The notes below the pieces were generated by a model that had not been told where the DNA came from, ran no database searches, and saw only the letters and a program-made list of their open reading frames with translations. DNA of 64,000 nucleotides from Podarcis gaigeae. Taxonomy: Eukaryota. The first letter of the stretch is position 1; each line of letters starts with the position of its first letter. A program made the translations under genes and the position numbers. This document shows positions 1 through 13,317 of the stretch, piece by piece. The stretch lies in assembly GCA_964106915.2 (NCBI GenBank), contig OZ066923.1. One strand, 5' to 3'.

Positions 1-1910
1 CTACGTGGGCCAGAAAAAAGCCAGGGAAGTCCCCAAATAGGGGTTCCATCACAGAAGGAAAAGGAAAGAGGGGGATGGGATCAGGCTAATTCCAAGCCAA
101 AGGCCAGGTGGAACTCTGTCTTACAGGCCCTGCAGAAAGAAATCAGATCCCGCAGGGCCCTGGTCTCTTGAGACAGAGTGTTCCACCAGGCCGGAGCCAG
201 TATTGAAAAGGCCCTGGCCCTGGTTGAGGCTAATCTGACTTCCTTAGGGCCCGGGACCTCTAGAGTGTTGCTATTTATGGACCTTAAGGTCCTCTGCAGG
301 GCATACCAGGAGATGTGGTCCCATAGGTACAAGGGTCCTAGGCTGCAAAGGGCTATAAAGGTCATAACCAGCACCTTAAACCTGACCCTGTACTCCACCG
401 GGAGCCAGTGCAGCTGGAAAAGCACTGGGTGAATGTGGTCCCGTTGAGAGGACCCCGTAAGGAGCCTCACTGCGGCATTCTGTACCTGCTGGAGTTTCTG
501 GGACAACTTCAAGGGCAGCCCCGCGTAGAGCGAGTTACAGTAGTCAAGACTGGAAGTGACCATCACATGGATCACTGTGGGCAGATCAGGGCGGGAAAGG
601 TAAGGGACCAAAGGTAAGAGTACAACCCCATCCAAAGCAGGCAACCGGCCAGTTTGTCAGACACAGGACCTACTCACTCACAGTGACTCCCATCTTGCCA
701 GGATTCAAGTTCAGTTTATTTTCCCTCATTCAGCCCACCATTGCACCCAGGTACCAGTCCAAGGCGTGCACAGCTTCTGCTGTTCCAGATGTCAGTGAAA
801 AATAGAACAAAGTATGATCAACATACTGGTGGCACCTTGCCCCAAAGCTCCTAATGACTGCTGCCAGTTGCTTCATGTAGATGTTAAACAGCATAGGGGA
901 CAAGATAATGCCTTGCGGCACCCTGTAGTGCAATTGCCTGGGACATTAGAAACACTCTCTCAACAGGGGTGAACCTTGGTAATGTGCAACCCTTGTTTCA
1001 CTCTCAGACAAGGTCACCCACCAGGGTGACTAAAGCCAGACCCAGTCCCATCAGCTCTCAGCAACTTCTAGGCCACCCCAAAGAGCTCTGCCTGCTGGCT
1101 GCTGGGGGATACAAGAGACTGTGAAATGAGCCTTCTTCACTACTTGCACTGCCACATTATGTGCACTGACCTCCTCTCGACTGACTTCACTTGTGTCAGT
1201 TGTACTCTAGTCATTCATCTGGCTTGCTTCATATCCTGCAGCTGCCCAGAGTATCAAGGAGCCACTGGAGACCACCATTCCATCGTGAGACTAGAGCTTA
1301 GACAAAATCATCACCTTTCCCCTCTGAAAAGAACCCTAGAGCATTCAGGAATGTGTCATGTCCTATCAGTCTCTGGGGGCAGGCTATCCAAACACCACCC
1401 AAAGGCCTCCAATCTGGCAGGAGTGGGAGGGAAATTGTCACCACCAATCCAAAGGTCACCAGATAATGGTGTGGCTGTGGCAAGGGAGTTCATTGCTTCA
1501 TCCCTCAAATCACTTGGAGAAGACTGCATCAAGGGTATACCCTGCTTGATGTGTTGGACCAATGACCCTTTGAGGAAACCCCCCAGTTTTCATGGGGGCA
1601 TGAAGTCCCAAACCAGCCCAACCGCAGCATCCATATGGATTCTGGGGTCACCTAAAATTATCATCCTGTGGTGTTCCAATACCATGCCAGATACCATCTT
1701 GGCTAACTTGGTCAGGAAGGGCACTGGGCAGCAATGTGGTTGATATCCCCAATCTGTGTCTCTGGCTCAACACCAGGTGCAAACTCTTTAAGCCTGTTCC
1801 AGGATCAATAGGTTTTCTGGTCAGGGAGATGGTGCTTCTATAAAAAATGGCCAGATGGGTACTAAACCTTGGTGGACAGTGCTGAATTAGGTGAACTTTT
1901 TCATCCACAA
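1..1910 (-). mobile_element. Degenerate, internally deleted L2-clade LINE (endonuclease, RT and C-terminal ORF2 remnants)
   Basis: Minus-strand peptides LDYCNSLYAGLP...LQQVQNAAVRLL...LHWLPVEYR (81-644); VPQGIILSPMLFNIYM...HQYVDHT (730-933); GPTHQAGYTLD (~1530-1560). Confidence 0.88.
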
Positions 1911-4057
1911 TAAAATAAAACTGTGGATGAGAATATTGTTCTAGACTACTGATCTAGAATTAAGAAACCACACCACCAGACCACAGGGTTTGCCAGCTTT
2001 GTATTTAAGGCCTCCTGGTAGATGAGAGGAAAAGTGTATCTGAATTTGCTACCTTCTTCTCTTGTTTATGGGAACAAAAGGATATAATTATTTCCAGGGA
2101 AGAAGCAAAACTGTAGCATTAAAAATGGCATTTCAAAGAGAGCGAGATCACCAGGTTCAGTGTCTGAACCTTAAGAACTAATCTCATTAGTTTTTTATAG
2201 TTACCATTTCCACTTAGGAGCTAGAAAATGAAGAACTGAGTGGAACACATCTGCTAGTCCCAAAAAGCTGTATTCCCAAATGCAATTTTTTAAATGTCTG
2301 AGAAAGTCTTGCTGAGCCACAGTGATCAGTACAGATGAGGACACTGATCTGCAGAGAGAAAGAGAATTTTGTATATGTGATGTATTTTTATTCTCTCCTA
2401 CTGGGAAGACATGCAAGAGAATCACATAAATTAGTCTGCAGGATGCGTCTGTTCATTGTTTTGATTTTTCAATTGACCTAAATATATCTGGCATAAGGTA
2501 ATACTCAGCTGCATTCAGAAAGGAAATAAATATTGCAGTGACTCTTATTTGATTGCATTCTTTAAAGAAGAACTTTGCAGGGAGGGAGGCAAACTGAGGC
2601 TAAATAAGAAACAGCATAAAGTAGTTTATAGCCATTTCAACAGATCTGATAGGATTCTTTTGACTGACTCTTGGGCCCTGTTCTATAGTAGGCAGTGTGC
2701 CCTGCATTGCATCTTCTCACCCTACCCACTGCCAGGCCCCAACCTATCACCATAACTTCAAACACCCCAGGCGTGTTTCTTTAAAATCATTTGTATGTGT
2801 GCATAAGGCACAGAATTAAAAAGAAACATTACAGTCTGGGGCCCATCATGTCCTCACTACCCAAGTATTTGGGTAGCTTACCAGAGGAAATCTGATAAGG
2901 TAGGAAAAGGTGCCTATTTTTATATCACTTGTTCTATTGAATTATATATGCTCAAATTCACCAAGAATCTCAAACATAAATATGGAATATTACTACTTGA
3001 AGTATTGATGGGGATCCCCATTAAGTGCTGGGATTCTTTATGAGAGTGCCCAACTCATAATGCAGGTAGAAAACATTTAGTTAAATTGGTTTTGTTTCCT
3101 TTTTTGTTTTGTTTCCATTCCACTGTTGTCCTCCATATTTCTTTCTTCTTGTGCTAGTCATGGGATTAAAGAGAATAAGTGATTCTATGATTTTTTTATG
3201 ATTAGGAAAAACTTTTATCATGTCCTTTTTTGTCCTTCATTGTATAAGACATAACAAGGAACTTAGCCTTTCTCCACAACCCTTTCTCCACATCTCTTTG
3301 GTCAGAAGCTTTCTTTGATCCAAAAGAGTATTGTAAGAAATCAAGCAAGTCTCCTCTGTGTTGTTGATTTTGGAGTAAATATTGTGCTTTTGAAATTGCA
3401 TCTTTTGCTCCATCCATGGACAGTGACAGTGAAGATTAGCCAGCCCTACCTCACCCAGGAAGCTTTGCCAGTGATATGAGAAGACACAAGAGAAGAAAAA
3501 TGTTATAAGGCTAGGACTTACTGAAGAACATGAAAGATCACTCAGATGTGCCAAGCACAAGTTTCAACAGTCAGACTCCAGAGGCAGATTTAGGATGAGC
3601 TGGGGGCAATGAAGTAGGATGCCTAATATTTTAAAGTGTTCCCACCCCGGTAACATTTACATTTTTCTGTCACATATTATGACACATTTTTGTATGTGAA
3701 CATTTTTTGCAATTGTATGTGAAGAGCATTGTGTTAAGATTGAGCAAGAGGTAGCACTACTTCAGAGTGCACTCCATTCATGTGGCTTCTAAGTTTAGTA
3801 CAAGTGTCTTGGAAGACAATGGGTGTGGACCAGCCTAAGGATAAGCATTATAGTATTTGCACCTGGCAAAATGAGAGGATGCGGAATAGGGAAACCCTGT
3901 GAAAGCCGGTGTGTGAGAACTGAACATGTTGAAGGCAGTATCTGCCCCTCTTCAGGAATACAGTGCCAATGAGCAGAAGGTGGAAATAACAGCTTAAGTG
4001 TACCTTAAATCAGGAGCTCTGATTTAGGCGGAAGCTGTGTTCAGTAAGGCACCAATA

Positions 4058-4287
4058 CAGTGGTACCTCGGGTTAAGTACTTAATTCGTTCCGGAGGTCT
4101 GTTCTTAGCCTGAAACTGTTCTTAACCTGAAGCACCACTTTAGCTAATGGGGCCTCCAGCTGTCGCCACACCGCCGGAGCACGATTTCTGTTCTCATCCT
4201 GAAGCAAAGTTCTTAACTATTTCTGGGTTAGCTGAGTCTGTAACCTGAAGCGTCTGTAACCTGAAGCATCTGTAACCCGAGGTACTG
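4058..4287. mobile_element. pogo/Tigger-like MITE
   Basis: TA|CAGTGGTACCTCGGG...CCCGAGGTACTG|TA; homologous in inverted orientation to 18470-18694. Confidence 0.85.
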
Positions 4288-5829
4288 TACCACTTATGAT
4301 GAATAGAATTAGGAAGCCTCGTGGTTCCATAATACTGTCATCATTGATGCTCTGTCTGTACCAGGATGTGTTTCCTGTAATTTTTGACATCTGTATCACA
4401 TTGGAACCATACAGTGGATCACTGTTCCTCCTACTTCCAGACACAGATCCAGACCTGGTGCAGGTCTATACATAACACAGGCATAGACCTTCAAACAAAC
4501 TTGGCACAGTGTTTTTGTATGATGTCTGGCGAAAGACAGGCAGGATTCTCCTCCAAACATGAACACAATTTCCCTGTTACCTCAACTTTCATTTGAACTC
4601 CGTGTGTGCAACTGACCCAGAGAACATGGAAGCTACCCAGCTATAATGCATCCCCAGGACCAAACAGTTTAGGACTGGGCTAGCGACGTCGAGGGAGAAT
4701 AAAACGGATTTAAAGGCTGAGCACCACCACGCTTTTATACATATGATTTCTAATATAAACGGCAGCTCTTCACTTTGTCCCTCACCCCCTTCCTCTCACG
4801 CACACGCTGCCGCGAGGCTCCTCAAAAGCAACTGCTCTGGCAAGGCGAGGAAGTGACTAAACACGAAGCAGCAGCACGCGTCGTCATCTTTGTTCTGACA
4901 GGGGGGACATGACAGGCGGCAGAGCGAGAGATCCGGTCTCTCCCAGCGCCCCCTCCCCCGATCATCATCATCATCAAGTGTCAGTGACGGAAATCGGTCG
5001 CCTCTCCCTCCTCCGTGGTCTCTGTCTGTAAATGCCGGCCCTCTGAGGGAACGTCGTGTGCATTGGCTTGTGTGCACTGCCTTCTAACCCCTTCAGGCCC
5101 ACCTCCCGCTCCTCCCTAAGACGGCCCATCGCTCAGGCACGTCGAAGTCCCGTCTCTCGTGCTGTCATTTCAATCGCAGGCGCTGCTCGGAAGGGCGAAC
5201 GGCCGCCGCACGGGGTTTTCTCTGCGGTCTCCTCGAGGGCGCATGTTTCGCGCTCGCGAGCTGACAAACGGTGACCTCCGCCTCCTTTGGCAGTTGGGTC
5301 TTCTAACCGCCCCCTCCCTCCCCAAATCCTCCTCCACACGCCCCTCGCCTTTCCCAGCCTGAAGTGAGTCAACGGCCAGAGCGACCCGCGCGGGCGCCAG
5401 ACGACCCCCTGCCCGCAGTTTGTGGGGTGGGGGTGGCCCAATGGAGCGGGGGGGGGAGGCGGGGACGTGCAAGTAAGGTGGAAGAGGAGGGGCAAAAGCG
5501 CCTTAGCCTCCCCCCCACCCCTCCCCAGGGAGACGCTCGTGGCAAAGTCAACGACCCGGAGCCCGCCGGGCCTCATCAAACGCCTCAGCCCGACCCACAT
5601 ACGTCATGGAAACAAGCACGTCAGGCAACTCCGACCAATAGCGGGAGGTCGGGGAGGCGGAGAAAGCGGCACGCACCGCCCCTTCAGGCGACAGTGCCAA
5701 TCGGAGGCTCCGCCCTTTCTCTCCCCCGCCTGCCCCCCCTCACCCGTGAAGGCGCCGCGCCTTCAGACCCCCGCCTCTTCCTCCAACCCAAGCGAGACCC
5801 TGTCACGTGACGGGGACCGGGGAGAGAGT

Positions 5830-5931
5830 GAGAGTGAGTGTGTGAGGGGGGGTCGGGCCGGTTCGGAACCTGGTGGCTACCGTCGCTTTGGGGAGGAGGG
5901 CTCGCCTGAGGAGAAGCGGGCGAAGGGACTA
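5830..5931 (+). other. ATP2B1: Candidate non-coding first exon 1A (start approximate)
   Basis: Donor CTA|GTAAGT at 5931/5932, ~120 bp downstream of the E-box/CCAAT cluster. Confidence 0.5.
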
Positions 5932-6149
5932 GTAAGTGGCCGACCCTCGCGGTGGAGAGCGAGCGAGCGTGCGGGCAGCGGAGAGGGAGAGCGAGCCGGG
6001 ACGCCTGTGGCTGGGAGGCGGCGAAGGCAGCGGCTCCCCCCGCGCGGCATATGGCTCGACGAAGGGAGCCAAACGCTGCCTGCACGCCTGCCTGCCGCTG
6101 ACTAGCGAGGGCGAGGCGCTGCTGCTGGGGAGCTACCGCGGAGGGCGGG

Positions 6150-6415
6150 GCAGGGCGCCCGGCTCCCTCCTCCTCCTCCCCCTCCCTCCTTCCTTCCCTC
6201 CCTCGCTCCGGCTGCTGCTGCTGCTGCTGCCGCCACCTCCTCTCTCCCTCCCTCCCTCTCTCCCTCCGTCCCCTCCCGGTCTCAGGCGGGCTTGGCTGGG
6301 GCTCGCGCGCTCTGGGGCGGGGTGGGGGGACCCTGTGCAGCAGGCAGGCACTGGAGGTGGAGGCGGCGGCGGCGGCGCTGGCCGCGTGTGGGGCTTGGCG
6401 GCGGCGGACCCTGAG
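6150..6415 (+). other. ATP2B1: Candidate non-coding first exon 1B (start approximate)
   Basis: Strong donor GAG|GTAAGA at 6415/6416 inside the CpG island. Confidence 0.6.
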
Positions 6416-8258
6416 GTAAGAGGCGGAAGGGTGGGCAGCGTGCGGCCGGGCAGCCCGAAGAGAGGACGCGGCGAGGGCGTCGGACGGGGCACCTCCGGAG
6501 GCGCAGGTGGCGAGGCGCCGCGGAGCAGCGCAGGCCAGGCGGGCTGGGGATTAGCCTGCCGGAAGGAGGCGGCCGCGGGGTGGGGGTGAGGGGCAGGAGA
6601 CCTGGGCCCTGCCCGCGCCCCTCCTTCCCACGGGGAGCCCACGCCGGCCGCCTCGAAGCCAGGCGCGGCGTGACCTTGAGGGCAGCCCGGGAGCAGCGCC
6701 TCCGCCCGCCTGCCCGCCACCTTCTCGCCGGGCCGGCAGCTGGGCGAGGGAAGGGGAGAGAGCTCTCCCCTCATGCCCCTCCGGTTGCTCAGCGTTCATC
6801 TCCCCGTCCGCCGACGCGCGGCGGCGGCGGCGGCGGCGGCTGCTGCTCTTTAGAATGGGCCGCCGGGCGCCCGTTAGGTGAAGGTGCTTCTTGGTCTCCG
6901 GTTTGCTCTGCCGGGCTAAGTAGCCGGGATTACGCCGCCGCCAATGCACGGCATTATCATCCTCGGTAGCCTTGAGCTTCTATTTACCCGCCCTGCGGGG
7001 CGCCCAGCCGCCCTCTCTCCTCTTGGGGAAGGGAGTCGGGAGCCGTAGGCTGGCGGCCGAGGGTCCTCCTGCTCCTACCTGCTAAGCCTGACTTCTTCCT
7101 TTCAAGTCGGGGGTTGTGGTTGGGAATAGAGCAGAATGTCAGGTTTCTCTCCCTCTCTCCCTGCACGAGCCCCTCTGTGTGGTTTATCACGACGTTAAAG
7201 TGATTTACTAATGGCTTAGTTGCATGTGTCGCTTATGAACATTTTGGAAGCGCCCTCGAATGCCGCGTGGGCCGGCGAGGCTGACCAAAGCAGCCTCCCC
7301 GGGGCAAGCGTCTGTATGTGAGGAAGGTGGCGTTAGGATTTATCCCATTTCATCGAAAGTTTTCATGACCCTGTCTTCTCCGCCAAGTGGTATTCCTAAG
7401 CTTTGGATGTGACCACCACGTGAGTTCATGAAGATGCCTTCACGGTGCCAGTAGTGGGATGAGGTGTGGGATTGAGGGGGAAGAATGCTGCATGTACTTC
7501 ATAGGAAGAAAGCGCTGCCTGTTTGCCACTCTACTACCTGCCCAAAGGGAACTTAGATGGGTGACCAGGAATATCTTCACATTCATCTTCCAGACAGCTG
7601 GCACGTATACTTCCTGGATGTAAAAAGTTGGATATAGTTGGAGGAAAAACTTTTGTGAGCAACTTACCTGGAAACTAACTGATAAACGTTTGGAGTATCT
7701 GACCTTGTTGTTGCCAATTTGTACCTACTGTAACCACTCCTAATGTAGAAGACTATGCTGGCAAAGATCCAGTTTCATTAAAACAAGGTAGGAGGTTCCT
7801 GGTTGAAGTACCTATCTCTTCTTGGTCTGCGGATTTGATAAAATTCTGTTGTAAGAGTCTTGAATAATGTCATTTTCCCTTGTGCTATACTTATCCCCCC
7901 ACCCCCACTCCTTTGAGATCTTTAAGATAACTGAACTGCTTTGCACGCATTCTACAAATGCAAGTATAGGAACTCAAGGTATTTGCTGATTCACAGAGTA
8001 GTATGCCTTGCCTTTTATCATTGTAAATCAAGCTTAGGTTTCTCATCCATTTAAGAGTTGGTGGCTGAGACTGGGAGCCTGCAAGTCCCTGGTTGAAAAT
8101 TTATCTCTGCCATTAATTCACTTGTTGCCCTTAAAACATGCCTCTATTATTGTAGTCTCAGCCTACCCCCTGCCAAAGATATATGAAGTATGTGAGGTTA
8201 ATAATTATTTAGCAATTTCCAAAAGAAACAGAAATGTAAAATATTACTATGCCATAAA

Positions 8259-8398
8259 GCAATCTTCCTCAGTGTGGTTCCCTACAGATACTGCTGGACT
8301 ACAATCCCCATCATCTCTGACCATTGGCTATGCTGACTGAGGCTGATGGGAGTTAATGTTGGATGAAATTCATAGGCCAACACATTGCGGAAGGCAGC
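8259..8398. mobile_element. Degenerate palindromic hAT-type MITE
   Basis: ggactacaatccccatcat...gatgggagtt core shared with the 13721 and 25163 copies. Confidence 0.6.
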
Positions 8399-11300
8399 CA
8401 TAGAAACTGGGGATAGATATGACGCTCACATAGTATATGTATACAACCAAATGCAGATCCTGTGGCAATGAGAACAAAGCCAAGGGTGTCAAAAGGCACA
8501 GTGTAAGGGTTTAGCATCACTATGTAGAATTTATATTCATACAAGAGATACCATAGGAATACTAGAAATACACACTACATCCATACCCTATGTTGTCTCT
8601 TTGTCTTGGTCAAAACACACACCCCCACCCCCATTCGCAGTTGATCTTAAATACTAATATTTAGTATTTTTCTTATAGTAATGCAGGCTAAGTATGAAGA
8701 AATAATCACACATGAAATAAGTACCTTTCAGTACCTTATGGTCCTTAACATTTTAGAACTTCAGTTCCAATTGTAGAAGTCTACATGATCATCAGAATTG
8801 ACAGTATTTATGGCGTAGTGGATGCAAATAGAAAAATGCGTTGAAATAAAAGATGGATCAAACTGCTTCTGAATTAGGTGCTGATCTATTTGTAAAACAG
8901 TTTCTTGTGTGGATTGATGTGGTGGTAGCAAATCTATCACCTAGATGGCTGTCTTTATGGAGAAAGGGGAGCATAGCTATGTGTGTTGATGCTCTGATTA
9001 TGACAAGGGGAGCATTTCATATTATTGATTAGCAGTGCCCCTTCTAATATTATAGTACTACTTTTTCTTAATAAGCTTATTGAGTTTATAACATTGAGTA
9101 TTGGGGTCCCTCAGTTGTCTAAAAGAGACTGGGCTTGATGAACCAGTAATCTAATTTGGCATAATGCAGCTTCCTAAGTTTCTACAACATATTTCCAATA
9201 TGAAACCCCATGACTGTTTCTGGTTAGCATGAACTCACTATCTTTCATCTGTCAAAGTTTAAAACTCAGAATTAACAAGGTGCATGGTGTGTTTCAAAAA
9301 TGACACATAAGCTACATGAGATCTATACTTATCATCTCTGTAGTTATTTCTGGGCAGTACCACTGGTGTTGCAAATACTTTGTACTAAAATGTATGTTAC
9401 CTTGCAAGTTGTATTTCTATTAAAATCAAGCCAGAGGGAAGCAGATGTCTTTGCATTTTGCTTCTATTTAATGGCTGTGTTCCACAGACTATAACTGCAA
9501 CTGAATACGCTGAAATCCCATCCTTGTGTATTGCGAAATTAAGTAATAGTGAGCAGTCATTGGTTGTTGGGTTTGTAAATATAGATTATTTTAGGTGATC
9601 CGTTCTGAAATGGTTATAGCAACCTCATTTATAAATGTTTCACAGGTGACAACTTGAGTACTGTGGCTCATTCCGAATGGTTTTTGACATGAGATTAAAA
9701 ACAGATCTGTCCACAATGAATTGAAATTCTGTTTTTTGAAGGAAAAAACTTCTAGATTTATCTGTTGTGTTCAGCAATATTTCTTTTGAAATACTTTACT
9801 CATGCTACAGTTAGTCTTGGCGTGAAGATAGCAGGTGGTAAATCTTGTAAGAGTCTAAAAACCAGCAAAAGTGACTCTCATGAAGATTTAAACACTTTAT
9901 TATTGGGCACACATATTGGTAGGTTATTGTCCAACTGCCTCAGGATTCAGTTTCTAATAAAGGCAAGAGACAGTGTTTCTTCTTGGATAGTTGGTAGTGA
10001 TTGGACTATATATTTTAGGTGCGTGGTGCAAAAGATTAACCCTGTACATGTGAAAATACTTGTTTAATGGTTTAGTTTGCTTGTTGATAAGGCATGCTGT
10101 CCCTTATCCTTTGCATAATAAACCTATATATATAAACACACACACACACATATATGTGTGTGTGTGTTGCAGGTTGTAATGGAGACTTTTCGTTAAAATA
10201 AAATATTTTGTATGCTAAAAATGGTTTCATTTTACCTTGAACACTGGAGTTTATGGGCATACACACCCTATACAACTGGTGATAGTTATAGAAAGTACTT
10301 GCTATCCATGTATGTTTGGATCTTGCAAATTGTGTCATAATTCTATGTATGGTTACCTTGCAGTAAGTGCTATTGAATTACATTAGGAATTACGGTACTT
10401 CTGAGTGAGCATACATAGGGTTGCACTGTTGTGTAGTTTCTATCTAGGGAGGAGGCAGCTTATCTAGCACCAAAGACCACCATGATGCTACATATTATAA
10501 GTATAAAAGCTGTAGCTCTTATATTTCATGTAACTTCCATTTATCAGAGCTAATGAAAACCTTATATCTAATCTGAACTTCATATTAAAATGGTGTGTGT
10601 GTATCTGTCTGTCTGTCTCAGTCAGCCATTTTGGATGCTGGCAAGGTACTGGATGCTGGATCATGGTAATAATAGTTGGCAGATCTTGTAGTCCAGAAGA
10701 TTGGATCCAATGTTTAATCAAGTAGGAGCATAGGTTTGGGGTACTTTTAGAGTATAAGACAACTTAAGGTACCGGTCATGGACCTATAACGCTTTAAACA
10801 TGGTTGGGACCTAGATAGTTTCCCCCCTATGTACATAATAACTTCTCATGTTATGTGCTCTGCACTCTTATGGAAGCCTTTCTGAACTAAATTTAAATGG
10901 GTATACAGATACACATTTGTGGATCTCATTCATTTGGTACCTAGTTATGCTAACGTCTTGCCTGTTCGTTCCTGATGTTGTAAAATATAATCTCAAATAT
11001 ACCATAAAATTGAAAAGCAGAAGTTGACAGGCCTTGCAATAGAAATGCAAATACCTTCGGAGTTCCTAACTCTGCCTTTTAAGTTTTGAAGCAACACTTA
11101 CCAACTCCCTCCTCCTTCACTTGACAGGATTCTTTCTCTTTCTCCCAGCTGCCTTTCTCTTTTCTTTTTACTTGTACCTCATGTTGCCCCACTTCTTCTG
11201 TAGAGCTGCTGCCCATACCTTTGCTTCATTTCTAAGTATAGAAAACATATTCTGTTGCTGGCTGCACATATACTCTCTTGTACTCCAGGATTTAAAGTGC

Positions 11301-13070
11301 CAGGAGTAGTTCTTCACAGTGATGGAGCAGTGTGCAGTTTTCAGCAAGCAGGTGAGTGGGAAATTGCATGGCTGCGCTAGGTGCTTTCATCCTAGGCATA
11401 AATTCCTGTCTCCAAACTTGTGGTCAAGATGTTCAAGCAAGTAGATGATCATATACTTTACCATGTCCATGTGGCATAATATATCAACTGTCCAGGAAAA
11501 CCCACGTCATACATCTGTCCCCAGGAAACCTTTTGAGTCATAGATCAGACCCCCATCTCCAGTTGTGATGCACCTGATGCTTTGGAATAGGAAGAGACAA
11601 CCCAGAGCACTGAGGGCCATTTTCATTTTTGTTAAAAGAGGGCTGCACAGCTATTTTAATTTCAGAACAGTCTGTCTGAATACAATTCAGTCTGCCAATC
11701 TTTTGCACATAACAGATTCTATCTGTACTCTTACCTATTAAAACATTCTCTCCCTATATTTCTCTCTCCACACATTGAAGCATGCACACTTGCCATCTCC
11801 TTTCCACCTGGGGTCTCTGTGCCTCTACGTCTAATCCTTCTTTTTTCTTTGCGCTCTGTGGCACTCTCATGTTTCCATACCAGCAGGTTTTTCTGCACAC
11901 CCTTTCTGTTTTCCCTTTTTTCTACCGCAAAGTCTATCTGCACCTGCATCTTTTAACATTTACTCTTTTTTTTTGTTCACTCCTTAATGTGCTACTCTGA
12001 GAGCTTGCTACCCATTTTTCTTTCTTGTACATCTACATTGTTGTTTATATCTCTGTACTTCCATTGGTTTCTTCACTCACATATTTAAATCTATCTTTTC
12101 TAGGGTTGCCAACTGACCAGACAACCCATGCTGGCCTGTTTTTCAGCCTTGAACAGCAGCTTCTGCAGAATCTAGTGAACTAGGCTGAATATCTTTACAG
12201 CATGCAAATAAACAATGGCACCTAATAATATCTGCCTTTAAAGGTACAGCTAGCCTGAGCAGTTGAAGAGCTAGAAACCCTACTTTCCCAGAATGGCAGA
12301 TTAGATTTACAGCAGATCACATGGTGAGATCTTCATATAACAGGTAGAGCACATAGTTAAATTGATTGGTTGAAACACAATGGAAAAACTGATGCCAACT
12401 CTACTGAAAACTCTGAGCTTGGAGAAACACAAAACATAACTGAAGTGTGTTGATATGACACTGAAGCCTGGCTCACAAATAAAACTGCAAACAATGAATT
12501 TTAGAATCTCCCTGGCAGTCTGGGGCTGTACATATCCAAGGAGTGGGATGTAGTTGGTTTGCATGATGTACGTTAGGCAGGTTTTGCCACTGAAACGTGT
12601 CCCCACACCCTTCCTGAGAAAGAGGAAAGGCTTGGAGAGTAGACCTTGCTTGGGGCCTGTGGGTCTTAATTAATGTATCAGATAAGAATATTAAAACCTT
12701 TTTTCTCAGATCTGACAACCTTGACGTGTAGTTGTTTTGAGACATCACAAAAATGTTACACTTAAAGTCTTCTCTGATAACCCAACTATCCATTTGTGTC
12801 CAGCTAATAACTATTGTACCTGCCCCTTTTCATTTTCTCTAGTCTTTGAGGCCCTCCTAAGTCATACTGAGTTATTTCCTGCTTCAGTGTGTCAACTGAC
12901 TGTTCAACCATGATTTCCAGGTAGCCTTTGGCGAGTTGCTGTCTAATGCTCTTTTTCTACTGGAAGGCACCATGGAACAAAGCATATTTTGTCAGTCTGT
13001 TGCATTTTCCTTTCAAAAGATTCCAAAGATCCAGAGATGGATGACAGGTCCCTTCAATCTGAAGAAAGTA

Positions 13071-13317
13071 CAGTAGTACCTCATTTTGCGACCGGGATCC
13101 GTTCTGGAGCCCCGGTTGCTGGCCGAAAAGGACGCGGGACAAAGCGCACACACGCGGAGTGAATTGCGCTTCTGCCATGCGTGAAGCGCGATTTAGCACT
13201 TCTGCACATGCACAAGTGGTGAACCCGGAAGTAACCCGTTCCAGTACTTCTGGGTATGCCACGGACGTTCAACGGCACAGGTGCTCGACGAGGCAGACGC
13301 TAGACGAGGTACCGCTG
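13071..13317. mobile_element. pogo/Tigger-like MITE
   Basis: TA|CAGTAGTACCTC...GAGGTACCGCTG|TA; CpG-rich interior. Confidence 0.85.

Larger units (their letters stand above)
4790..7320. promoter_or_regulatory. CpG island promoter of ATP2B1
   Basis: Abrupt rise in GC and CpG density vs AT-rich flanks; CCAAT at 5438, 5635, 5697; CRE half-sites 5601 and 5618; GC boxes; GTCACGTGAC at 5802-5811. Confidence 0.9.

Noticed and set aside
81-644. 187-aa minus ORF as a host gene
   Set aside because: L2 ORF2 C-terminal remnant with an upstream deletion and broken RT
1126-1743. 205-aa + strand ORF
   Set aside because: Antisense shadow of the degenerate L2 endonuclease/linker region
4796-7190. Many long overlapping ORFs (up to 227 aa) on both strands
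   Set aside because: Low-complexity G/P/R/A peptides expected from stop-codon scarcity in a CpG island; no recognisable domain
10134-10167. (CA)n-TATA-(TG)n hairpin as a structured RNA
   Set aside because: Ordinary juxtaposed microsatellites
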